55,092 nucleotides of DNA from Planctomycetota bacterium (GTDB lineage: Bacteria > Planctomycetota > Phycisphaerae > Sedimentisphaerales > UBA12454). The notes under the pieces were generated by a model that saw only the letters and a list, made by a program, of their open reading frames with translations, ran no database searches and was not told the DNA's origin. Location of the stretch: contig JAHJUV010000090.1 in NCBI GenBank assembly GCA_018828825.1, positions 1 to 55,092 on the forward strand. Reading direction: 5' to 3'. Both the position numbers and the translations under genes were made by a program. Numbering within the stretch: position 1 is the stretch's first letter; each line of letters begins with the position of its first letter. This document shows positions 27,902 through 35,789 of the stretch, piece after piece.

Positions 27902-29056
27902 ATGTCCGGTGAGACGACAGTATATATCGGCCTTGGCAGCAATCTCGGCGACAGGGAAAAAAATCTGAACAAGGCCCTTGGATTGCTCGCAGCCGATAGG
28001 CACATAAATCTTTTCCGTACGAGCAGCATAACGGAGACAAAACCCCTGGCTGATAATCCACCTTCGCTTCCTCCTTCGTTAAAACTACGGAGGACAAGAA
28101 AGCTACGGCGGACAGGAAAACAGCGGGATTATCTTAACCGCGTCGCGGAAATCAGGACAACTTTAAAGGCTGATAAGCTTTTGAAGGTCTTAAAAAAAAT
28201 TGAATCGGCGATGGGAAGGAAAAAATTGGTAGAAAAATGGTCCAGCAGGACGATTGACCTCGATATACTCTTGTTCGGCAATAAAAAAGTTCGCAAAAAA
28301 GACTTGTGTTTACCGCACAGACAGATGCATTTGAGGTCGTTTGTGCTGAAAGGCCTTTGCGAGCTTGATGGCGAGATTGTTCATCCGGTTCTTAAGGAAA
28401 GCGTTTCCGTTCTTTACAGCCGATTGAGCGGAAAGGATTTTTATTTCGATGATGACAGACCGCAGCTTGTCTCGATTGCTGGTGTGATAGGGGCCGGAAA
28501 GACCACGCTTGCCGAAGGCCTGCGAGATTTATTTGGCTTGAGGCTGATAAAAGAATCTTACGACAGCAATCCGTTTTTGCCGAAGGTTTACGCCGGACAG
28601 AAGTCTGTCGCTCTGGACAGTCAGTTATATTTTTTGCTGAGCCGATGCGAACAGTTAAGGCCGGACAGTTTTCCGCCCGGCAGTGTTGCGGTGAGCGATT
28701 ACATAATGGACAAGGAAATGCTTTACGCCCGTATCTGGCTCGATTCGGTGCAGTTCGAGATATACAGAAAAGTCAATGCCGCGATGTGCAAAACAGCCGC
28801 AGAGCCGGTAATAACGGTATATATTAAGCTTCCGCCAAAAAAATGTCTGGAGCGTATAAAGCAGCGCAGCAGGCCTTACGAGCAGGATATCGATTTGAGC
28901 TTTCTTGAAAAACTGCATATCGGATATGAGAAACTTTTTGAAACATTTAATTGCTGTCCGGTTATAACGATAGATGCCGAGGCGGTCGATTTTCGGCAAA
29001 CCCAGCAGATTGAGGCGATTGGCGAAAAGATTAATTATTATATTGGGCGGGATTAA
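27902..29056 (+). CDS. folK: fusion protein: 6-hydroxymethyl-7,8-dihydropterin pyrophosphokinase (HPPK) + deoxynucleoside kinase family domain
   Basis: N-terminal half: VYIGLGSNLGD and RTIDLDILLF HPPK motifs. C-terminal half from about aa 195: P-loop IAGVIGAGKTTLAEGL plus dNK-type SDY...E and RIKQRSRPYE motifs. Confidence 0.8.
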   Translation: MSGETTVYIGLGSNLGDREKNLNKALGLLAADRHINLFRTSSITETKPLADNPPSLPPSLKLRRTRKLRRTGKQRDYLNRVAEIRTTLKADKLLKVLKKIESAMGRKKLVEKWSSRTIDLDILLFGNKKVRKKDLCLPHRQMHLRSFVLKGLCELDGEIVHPVLKESVSVLYSRLSGKDFYFDDDRPQLVSIAGVIGAGKTTLAEGLRDLFGLRLIKESYDSNPFLPKVYAGQKSVALDSQLYFLLSRCEQLRPDSFPPGSVAVSDYIMDKEMLYARIWLDSVQFEIYRKVNAAMCKTAAEPVITVYIKLPPKKCLERIKQRSRPYEQDIDLSFLEKLHIGYEKLFETFNCCPVITIDAEAVDFRQTQQIEAIGEKINYYIGRD

Positions 29057-29103
29057 AAAGGAAGTAAGGAAACAAGGAAGTAAAGAGGTAAAAAAGCAAG
29101 GAA

Positions 29104-29952
29104 ATGGAAATTGTAAAAACCATAGAGCAGGTAAGAAAAGTTGTTTCGGAAGCGGGGATGGCCAGTAGGGAAATCGGGCTCGTGCCGACGATGGGTGCTC
29201 TGCACGAAGGTCATTTTTCGCTTATTAAAGCCGCCAAAAAACAATGCGATTTTGTTGCGGTAAGTATTTTTGTAAATCCGACTCAATTCGGACCCGGCGA
29301 GGACCTTGCCAAATATCCGCGTCCTTTTGATGCAGATGTGAAAGCCTGTAAAGAGCTGGGTGTTGATATTATTTTTGCGCCATCGGATAAAGAAATGTAT
29401 CCGGAAAAAAATATTACGTGGGTAAACGTCGAAAAGCTTAGTGAACCCTTATGCGGCAAGAGCCGGCCGGGCCATTTCAGGGGCGTTGCCACTGTTTGTG
29501 CGAAACTTTTTAATATTGTCCAGCCTGACGTTGCTTTCTTCGGCCAGAAAGACGCTCAGCAGGCAGTAATTATTCAGCGAATGGTTGCCGATTTGAATAT
29601 GCCGATGGAAATTGTTGTCTGTCCGACAGTTCGCCAAATCGACGGTCTGGCGATGAGCAGCCGAAATAAATATCTCAATGACAAGGAAAGAAAAGATGCC
29701 GCGTTGTTATATGCCGCGCTGCAGGAAGCGGAAATGCTTATAGGGGCAGGTGTACGTAAGAGCAGCGAGCTTGTCAGGGAAATGGAAAAAATTCTCAAAA
29801 TAAGCAAACAGATAAAAGTTGAATATATAAGTATTGTTAATGCGCAGACTCTCGATGAGATTGACGAGGTTAAGGGTAAAGTCCTGATTGCCATTGCGGC
29901 CAAACTGGGTTCAGCCCGGCTAATTGACAATATTATGCTTGATGTCGAGTAA
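29104..29952 (+). CDS. panC: pantoate--beta-alanine ligase
   Basis: VPTMGALHEGHFSL (HxGH), FVNPTQFGP and GHFRGVATV motifs. Confidence 0.95.
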   Translation: MEIVKTIEQVRKVVSEAGMASREIGLVPTMGALHEGHFSLIKAAKKQCDFVAVSIFVNPTQFGPGEDLAKYPRPFDADVKACKELGVDIIFAPSDKEMYPEKNITWVNVEKLSEPLCGKSRPGHFRGVATVCAKLFNIVQPDVAFFGQKDAQQAVIIQRMVADLNMPMEIVVCPTVRQIDGLAMSSRNKYLNDKERKDAALLYAALQEAEMLIGAGVRKSSELVREMEKILKISKQIKVEYISIVNAQTLDEIDEVKGKVLIAIAAKLGSARLIDNIMLDVE

Positions 29953-29996
29953 TTCTTTATTAGAATATTACAGGGAATCTCTATTATTGCTTCAAA

Positions 29997-30050
29997 AACG
30001 AGATTGCTTCGCGGAGTTTATCCCGAGCGAAGCGAAGGACTCGCAATGAC
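29997..30050. repeat. member of the gtcattgcgag...gcaatctcgttt repeat family (reverse orientation)
   Basis: aaacgagattgcttcgcg...cgaaggactcgcaatgac in the panC-panD gap. Confidence 0.6.
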
Positions 30051-30110
30051 AAATGATATTTTTAGAGGTTACCTACAGTTCATGCAATTATTATTCTTTG
30101 GTGGTATGAA

Positions 30111-30467
30111 ATGCTGATAAAGATATTGAAGAGCAAGATTCATCGTGCGACAGTAACGGATTCGATTGCGGATTATCCGGGCAGTATTGGTATAGATTCT
30201 GTGCTGATGGAAGCGGCGAAGATAATACCTTACGAATCGGTTCTCGTGGCTGATATTACCAACGGCTCCCGGCTTGAAACTTATGCTGTGCCTGAAAAAG
30301 CAGGTTCCGGAAAAATAACCATACTCGGCGCCGCGGCGCAGCTTATGAAAAAAGGGGATATAATCATCATAATGAACTTCGCGTATCTTGCATCTGACGA
30401 GGCGAAAGGCTTTAAGCCGAAAGTTATTGTTGCTGACGAGAAGAACGGTATTAAGGAAATACTATAA
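30111..30467 (+). CDS. panD: aspartate 1-decarboxylase proenzyme
   Basis: KSKIHRATVT motif. Self-processing Gly24-Ser25 site in YPGSIGID. Confidence 0.95.
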   Translation: MLIKILKSKIHRATVTDSIADYPGSIGIDSVLMEAAKIIPYESVLVADITNGSRLETYAVPEKAGSGKITILGAAAQLMKKGDIIIIMNFAYLASDEAKGFKPKVIVADEKNGIKEIL

Positions 30468-30598
30468 AACGTTAAACGGTTGCGGTCCGCTAAGGGATGG
30501 CTTACGCCATTGCGAAGCTCGTATCGTTTATCGTTTTACGTTTGACGCAGCCGAAACGAGTTGCGCAACCGATTTACGAAAGACGAATTGAGATAATT

Positions 30599-31624
30599 AT
30601 GCATCCGGAACTTTTCAGGATTCCGTTTACCGAACTTACGGTTAAAAGTTACGGCGTGATGATGGTCATCGGTTTTATCGCGGCCATATTCGTTATCCGC
30701 AGACTTTCACGCGATATAGGGCAGGAAAATACCGAGCATATAACGACAGCGGCGCTGTATTCGCTTATCGCCGGTATCGCAGGGGCGAGAATTTTTTACG
30801 TTGTGCATTACTGGCAGCAGTTCAGCGGCAAAGGATTGCTCGAGTTCTTCGCGGTCTGGAAGGGCGGCCTGGAACTGCTTGGCGGAGTCTTCTTTTCGAT
30901 TATAGTAATTGCATTCTATCTGTGGAAACAAAAACTTCCTGTCCGGCGGTATCTCGACATCCTTGCGATAGGCCTGATGCTGGCACTTTTTTTCGGAAGG
31001 CTCGGCTGCCTTTTAAACGGCTGCTGTTACGGCAGACCGACGTGTGCCTTTGTTTCGATACGATTTCCTTACGGCTCTTTATCCTATCAAGGCCAGGTCC
31101 GACCGGACAAGGCGAGGAACAGACAAGAGCCTTATATCGGGCTTCCGACGGAATTTTTCGGTTATATAAATGAAGCGAATGAATGGGTTGTCGCTCCTGA
31201 ATCTGACAAATACGATTATTATTTAAAACCTTTCGACAGGTTGACCGAGCAGGAAAAATCTCAGGTAACCGTCGGCGAATATCGCCCTCTTGAGGTTTGT
31301 CCGACGCAGGTTTACGAATCGCTCTCGGCTCTGGCGGGCTGTATCCTGCTTTACCTTCATCGCAAAAACGGCATCGAGCAGCAGAAGAAGCGAAAGACAA
31401 CCTCGGCGTTTTTCAGGCTCGGCGTTACATTTGCCCTGATGTTTATAGTTTACGGATTTATACGGTTCTTTATCGAATTCTTGCGGGATGACAATCCATA
31501 TCAGGCCAATGGCCTTACGGTTTCACAAAATCTGAGCATTGCGATGGTGATTGTAGGTCTTTTGCTTACTTGGCTTTTTGCCAAAATGAAGCCGGACAAA
31601 TTATCGGTCGAGGACTTGTCTTAA
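30599..31624 (+). CDS. lgt: phosphatidylglycerol--prolipoprotein diacylglyceryl transferase
   Basis: GRLGCLLNGCCYGRP and PTQVYES signature motifs. Start chosen at ATG 30599 (MHPELFRIPF). The periplasmic loop between the two motifs is expanded. Confidence 0.85.
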   Translation: MHPELFRIPFTELTVKSYGVMMVIGFIAAIFVIRRLSRDIGQENTEHITTAALYSLIAGIAGARIFYVVHYWQQFSGKGLLEFFAVWKGGLELLGGVFFSIIVIAFYLWKQKLPVRRYLDILAIGLMLALFFGRLGCLLNGCCYGRPTCAFVSIRFPYGSLSYQGQVRPDKARNRQEPYIGLPTEFFGYINEANEWVVAPESDKYDYYLKPFDRLTEQEKSQVTVGEYRPLEVCPTQVYESLSALAGCILLYLHRKNGIEQQKKRKTTSAFFRLGVTFALMFIVYGFIRFFIEFLRDDNPYQANGLTVSQNLSIAMVIVGLLLTWLFAKMKPDKLSVEDLS

Positions 31625-32761
31625 AGCATCGACCAAACCGTCGAGTTGTTCCTTTGTATGGTCCGACTGAACTGAAATTCTCAATCTTGCCGTTCCCGGC
31701 GCAACCGTTGGCGGGCGAATCGCGACAACAAAAAATCCTTTCCCAAAAAGCTTCTTTGAAATTTCAAGCGTCTTTTTATTATCGCCAATGATAACTGGAA
31801 TTATATGACTTGTGCTTGTGCCTGTATCAAGGCCGAGGGTTTTAAGTTTTTCTCTGAGGTAGTCTGCATTTTGTTTTAATCTTTTTCTTTTATCCTGTGC
31901 GTTTTTGATTATTTCAACCGCGCAAAGCCCTGCGGCGGAATTGGCGACAGAAGACGCCGTTGTATAAATAAACGGCCTTGCCTTATTGACAAGATAATCA
32001 ATTACGCATTTATCGCTTGCGACGAACCCACCGCTGCAGCCTGCCGATTTGCTCAATGTCGCTATGATAATATCTATTTCATTTAACAAGCCGAGTTCCT
32101 CGGCAAGGCCTGCGCCGGTTTTGCCCATACAGCCAAACGCGTGGGCTTCGTCGATGATTAAATATGCGTTATATTTTTTCTTCAGTTCGACAAGTTTTTT
32201 TAAATCCGCAAAATCTCCGTCCATTGAAAAAATGCTTTCGGTAACGATGAATTTGCGATTGTACTCTTCTGATGCGAGAAATTTTTCAATCTTGTCGAAT
32301 TGTGTTCTGTGATAAGTTCTAAATTCCGCATCAGAACCTTGGGCGGCGTCGATAATCGAGGCGTGGTCGAGCTTGTCGAGTAATATTAGGTCTCCTTTTT
32401 GCGGAATAGTCTGCAAAACAGCGAGGTTTGTCATATAGCCGGAAGGAAAGACAAGGGCAGCTTGTTTATTGAACATTTTGGCGAGGGCGTTTTCCAGTTC
32501 GATATGAGGTTTTATTGTGCCGCTGATGAGCCGGGAGGCCGCCGAGCCGTAGCCGAATTTGTCCATCGCCTCTTTGGCGGCGGCGATAATCTGCTTATTG
32601 CCGGCAAGATTAAGATAATTATTGCTGCAAAACAGCGCCTTCTCGGCGTTTGCGATACGTATTACAGTATCGCAGGCAGAGTCAATACAGACAGGAACTC
32701 TGAGCAGATCTGTTTTTTTAAGCTCGGCAAGCTCGTTTTTTATAAAATCAAAATTGGTCAT
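31601..32761 (-). CDS. bioF: alpha-oxoamine synthase family PLP enzyme (8-amino-7-oxononanoate synthase-like)
   Basis: 386 aa with DEAHAFG and the PLP-lysine motif TLSKSAGCSGGF. No other bio genes in the window, so BioF versus Kbl/Spt-like is not resolved. Confidence 0.65.
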   Translation of the reverse strand: MTNFDFIKNELAELKKTDLLRVPVCIDSACDTVIRIANAEKALFCSNNYLNLAGNKQIIAAAKEAMDKFGYGSAASRLISGTIKPHIELENALAKMFNKQAALVFPSGYMTNLAVLQTIPQKGDLILLDKLDHASIIDAAQGSDAEFRTYHRTQFDKIEKFLASEEYNRKFIVTESIFSMDGDFADLKKLVELKKKYNAYLIIDEAHAFGCMGKTGAGLAEELGLLNEIDIIIATLSKSAGCSGGFVASDKCVIDYLVNKARPFIYTTASSVANSAAGLCAVEIIKNAQDKRKRLKQNADYLREKLKTLGLDTGTSTSHIIPVIIGDNKKTLEISKKLFGKGFFVVAIRPPTVAPGTARLRISVQSDHTKEQLDGLVDALRQVLDR

Positions 32762-32844
32762 TTAAAGTTTTCTCATTGAAAACACTAAGGTTTTTCCGAT
32801 ATTATAAGAGAAGCGACAATAAGACAATATTTTTTGGACAATAT

Positions 32845-33699
32845 ATGGGTATTTACGACAGGGACTATTACCGGCCGGATGGTGACCAGCAGGCGAGAAC
32901 TCCGCAGATGCATTTCAGGTTTCCGCAGTTAACGCCGATGGTTAAGCGGCTTTTAATTATAAATATCAGCGTATTTTTGCTGTGTATTATCATAAAGCCT
33001 TTGGGACTGTTTATTTATGAATGGTTCAGTGTCGATTCTACCAGTGCCTCCACCTCATTACAGCCCTGGCGGCTGATAACCTATCAGTTTCTGCACGACC
33101 CGGCAAGTGCCTGGCATATTATTTTAAATATGCTTGGCCTGTATTTTCTGGGTCCGACGCTTGAACGATTCTGGCACAGCAAAAAGTTCCTTATTTTTTA
33201 CCTTTGTTGTGGCATAGCAGGCGGCGTGCTTTATCTTCTTCTTGCAGGTGCCGGCATAGTTCGGCAGGGAAGCCTTATAGGCGCCTCGGGAGCCATACTC
33301 GGAATGCTTGCTGCCTGTGCGATACTTTTTCCGCAGTTTGTCGTGATTCTTTTTATATTTCCGGTTCCTATCCGCTGGGCGGCGATAATTCTGACATTTC
33401 TTTATGTTGTAAATATATTTATCGGTTCGGCTAACGCCGGTGGGGATGTAGCACATCTTACAGGTATGGTGGTCGGAGCGGGATATGTTTATCTGTGGCC
33501 GAAATGGAAAAACAAAAGTAGAGTCTCTCTGCATGTTGACGACTGGGACAAAAAAATCAAGGCTTACAGTCAGCTCCAAAAGGAAGTTGACAGAATACTG
33601 GCCAAAGTCAACGAGCAGGGGATTGGCAGCCTGACAAAGAAGGAAAAAAAGACCCTCGAAGAAGCGACCAAACTTGAGCAAATGAAAAGCAGATTATAA
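32845..33699 (+). CDS. rhomboid-family intramembrane serine protease
   Basis: WHIILNMLGLYFLG (H..N), catalytic GASGAILG and AHLTGMVVG. Start chosen at ATG 32845 (MGIYDRDYYR). Confidence 0.85.
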   Translation: MGIYDRDYYRPDGDQQARTPQMHFRFPQLTPMVKRLLIINISVFLLCIIIKPLGLFIYEWFSVDSTSASTSLQPWRLITYQFLHDPASAWHIILNMLGLYFLGPTLERFWHSKKFLIFYLCCGIAGGVLYLLLAGAGIVRQGSLIGASGAILGMLAACAILFPQFVVILFIFPVPIRWAAIILTFLYVVNIFIGSANAGGDVAHLTGMVVGAGYVYLWPKWKNKSRVSLHVDDWDKKIKAYSQLQKEVDRILAKVNEQGIGSLTKKEKKTLEEATKLEQMKSRL

Positions 33700-33700
33700 A

Positions 33701-33805
33701 CCCCCACACCAATTCACATTTTGATTGAGTATTTTAAAAATTTACTAAAGCAGTTGTTAAGTACCTTTTCAAATCTTGCTGCCTCAATATAAATTGGTGT
33801 GGAGG
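33701..33805. repeat. 105-bp MITE-like element, second copy (cccccacaccaatt / aattggtgtggagg termini)
   Basis: Same terminal inverted repeat as 12062-12162. AT-rich interior. Lies immediately after the rhomboid stop codon. Confidence 0.65.
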
Positions 33806-33813
33806 TAAAAAAA

Positions 33814-33841
33814 GCCCCTTTGTTTGAAGGGGCCTTTTGAA
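33814..33841 (-). terminator. rho-independent terminator for the minus-strand ECF operon (weakly bidirectional)
   Basis: gcccctt-tgtttg-aaggggc. On the minus strand it is followed by tttttttt. Confidence 0.7.
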
Positions 33842-33859
33842 TAAGCATATTGAGTGTTT

Positions 33860-34636
33860 TTAATCCCAGTTGAGTTTTTCTGACTGGCTCAACAGTTCCT
33901 CAAGGTGTTTTTCTGTTTGTTCAGCTTTTTTGCTTTTCATATTTTTGAGTTCAGTCTGGCTTTTGTTCACGCTTTGCTGCAAATCTTCGAGTTTCTTTTT
34001 AAGCTCTTCGTACCTGAGCTGTTTCTTCTGAACAATCAGGTCGAACCTTTGGCCGATTACTTCTTTTAGTTGTTTCGTCAGTTCGGCTTTCTTTTTTTCG
34101 TCAGTTGCGCCTTTAACTTTGTCAAGAAGTTCGTTCCGTTTTTGCTTCAATGCAAGGTCCTGCTTGAGTACTTCAGCAAGAGCCGGATTGGTTTGCTCGG
34201 CATCGATAATCTGACGGTAATTTCTCATTTCGAACATCATTCTTCTCGTATAGGCGGGCGGGTCCGATGTTTTCAGAGCTGCAAGTTCCTTTGCCTTTTC
34301 CGGCTCGTTCTTTTCGAGCCAGGCTATCAGTTCGTTTTCTCTTGCCTGCATGCGCTGGCGCATTCTTTCTCTGCCCATCATTCCTGCGGGTCCTTCGCCG
34401 CTATCTTCCATCTCTGCTCCTCGGCGAGACCGATTTGATTCGAACCTTTCAAATCTCTGTCTATGCGGCCGTACAGCCTTTTCCATTTCCTGGTCCGGAG
34501 TAGCCGCAGACTCGGGTTCAACGATACTCTCAGGCGGAGGCGGAGTGTTAGCTTCGGATTCCTGGGCCTGTAAAGAACAAACAGCAAGAAGAAAAACAGA
34601 CAAAGACAATAACATTATTTTTACAGCCGTTTTCAT
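33860..34636 (-). CDS. secreted/periplasmic all-helical, Lys/Glu-rich protein (Spy/CpxP-like appearance; function unknown)
   Basis: Signal peptide MKTAVKIMLLSLSVFLLAVCSLQA. The remainder is predicted coiled/helical. ATG 34636 has ggaaagga upstream. The ORF opens at a TTG at 34654. Confidence 0.65.
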   Translation of the reverse strand: MKTAVKIMLLSLSVFLLAVCSLQAQESEANTPPPPESIVEPESAATPDQEMEKAVRPHRQRFERFESNRSRRGAEMEDSGEGPAGMMGRERMRQRMQARENELIAWLEKNEPEKAKELAALKTSDPPAYTRRMMFEMRNYRQIIDAEQTNPALAEVLKQDLALKQKRNELLDKVKGATDEKKKAELTKQLKEVIGQRFDLIVQKKQLRYEELKKKLEDLQQSVNKSQTELKNMKSKKAEQTEKHLEELLSQSEKLNWD

Positions 34637-34641
34637 TTTTT

Positions 34642-35136
34642 CTATCCTTTCCAAAATAAGTTTTCAGTTTCTATTATTTCAGTATCAACATTATTAATTG
34701 CATCGGCAAGTTCCCCGTTAGTGCCGTCGTCTTCGTTCAGACGAATGGCGAGAAGTTCGTCCCTGAGAAGCTCGATTTCCTTTTCGAGAGAAGCTATATT
34801 GCTGTCCACCTTTGCCAAAGCCGCCTGGTAGCCGTTTTGGGCACTATGGCTTACAGGTACTTCCTTTATATTCTGCATTAAAAGTGCGGCGCCAATAATA
34901 ACAACCGCCGCCACTGCTGCCGTTTTGACAAGAACAGACGAGAAAGCAATACGTCTTTGTTTTCGGCTTATTTTCGATTTAATCTCGTCGATGACCTCCT
35001 GTGAAACTTGCGGCGAGGGATATTTCTCGAACAGCCGGTCCGCTTCTGTTAGGTCGATTTTTATCTGTTCTATCTCATCGGCCCGATAGAATCGCGATAA
35101 TAAATTGTCGATATTTTCTTTTTTATTTTCAGTCAT
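34642..35136 (-). CDS. putative anti-sigma factor (single-pass membrane protein)
   Basis: 164 aa with one TM (VLVKTAAVAAVVIIGAALLM). Its start overlaps the ECF sigma stop by 8 nt. The assignment rests on position only. Confidence 0.55.
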   Translation of the reverse strand: MTENKKENIDNLLSRFYRADEIEQIKIDLTEADRLFEKYPSPQVSQEVIDEIKSKISRKQRRIAFSSVLVKTAAVAAVVIIGAALLMQNIKEVPVSHSAQNGYQAALAKVDSNIASLEKEIELLRDELLAIRLNEDDGTNGELADAINNVDTEIIETENLFWKG

Positions 35137-35683
35137 CTGAATCTTCCATTAATTGCCGCAGCTTTTTAAGTCCGCGGTGTACTTTTGAAAGTACAGTGCC
35201 GATGGGTTCTTTTCGCATCTGGGCCAATTCTTCGAAACTCAACTGCGAGTAGTAACGCATAACGATAATTTCGGCAGTTTCAGGCTCAAGCTTTTGCAGT
35301 TGCCGGGCCAGTTTATCGGTCAAAAAATTATCCTTTTTAGGCATTTGCGCCTCGGTCAGGACCTGTTCTTCGATGTGCGAAAGCATTTTTTGGTTCCGCT
35401 TTTTGGTTCGCAGATAATCGGTAAACAGGTTCGAGGCTATTCTAAAAAGCCAGGCCTCGAAGGTCTCCGGCCGGCAGGAACCGATTTTTTCCACCATTTT
35501 TAAAAAGAGCTCGCTGAGCAGTTCGTTTGCCTCGTCCCTGTTGCCTGTTAACCTGTAAAAGTAGCCGTACAAACGACTTGAGTAAATATCAACCAGTTGC
35601 GAAAGATCCTGCTTATCGCCTTTACGGGCGAGAGAAACAATGTCTTTAACTATTTCCGGGCTGGGCATTTCTTGTTTTTTCAT
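35129..35683 (-). CDS. ECF-type RNA polymerase sigma-70 family factor
   Basis: Region 2 (LVDIYSSRLYGYFYRLTG...ANELLSELFLK...FEAWLFRIASNLFTDYLR) and region 4 HTH (SFEELAQMRKEPIGTVLSKVHRGLKKLR). Confidence 0.85.
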   Translation of the reverse strand: MKKQEMPSPEIVKDIVSLARKGDKQDLSQLVDIYSSRLYGYFYRLTGNRDEANELLSELFLKMVEKIGSCRPETFEAWLFRIASNLFTDYLRTKKRNQKMLSHIEEQVLTEAQMPKKDNFLTDKLARQLQKLEPETAEIIVMRYYSQLSFEELAQMRKEPIGTVLSKVHRGLKKLRQLMEDSDD

Positions 35684-35789
35684 TAATATAGACGTTTGGC
35701 GGTTTTTGGATTTTGCATCATATTTTTATTTTTTTTATGCCGCAACGGGCTGGCTCAAAGAAAAAAAGAAAGTATGAAGTTAATTTTCA

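Noticed and set aside
29057-29103. Purine-rich quasi-repeat (aaggaagtaa-like units) between folK and panC
   Set aside because: It is short and degenerate. It is most simply a run of Shine-Dalgarno-like sequence serving panC translation, not a distinct repeat element.
35684-35789. Autoregulated ECF-type promoter upstream of the ECF sigma gene
   Set aside because: A cgtcta (-10-like) element lies about 8 nt before the ATG. No convincing GGAAC-type -35 is found at the proper spacing, so it is not supportable by eye.
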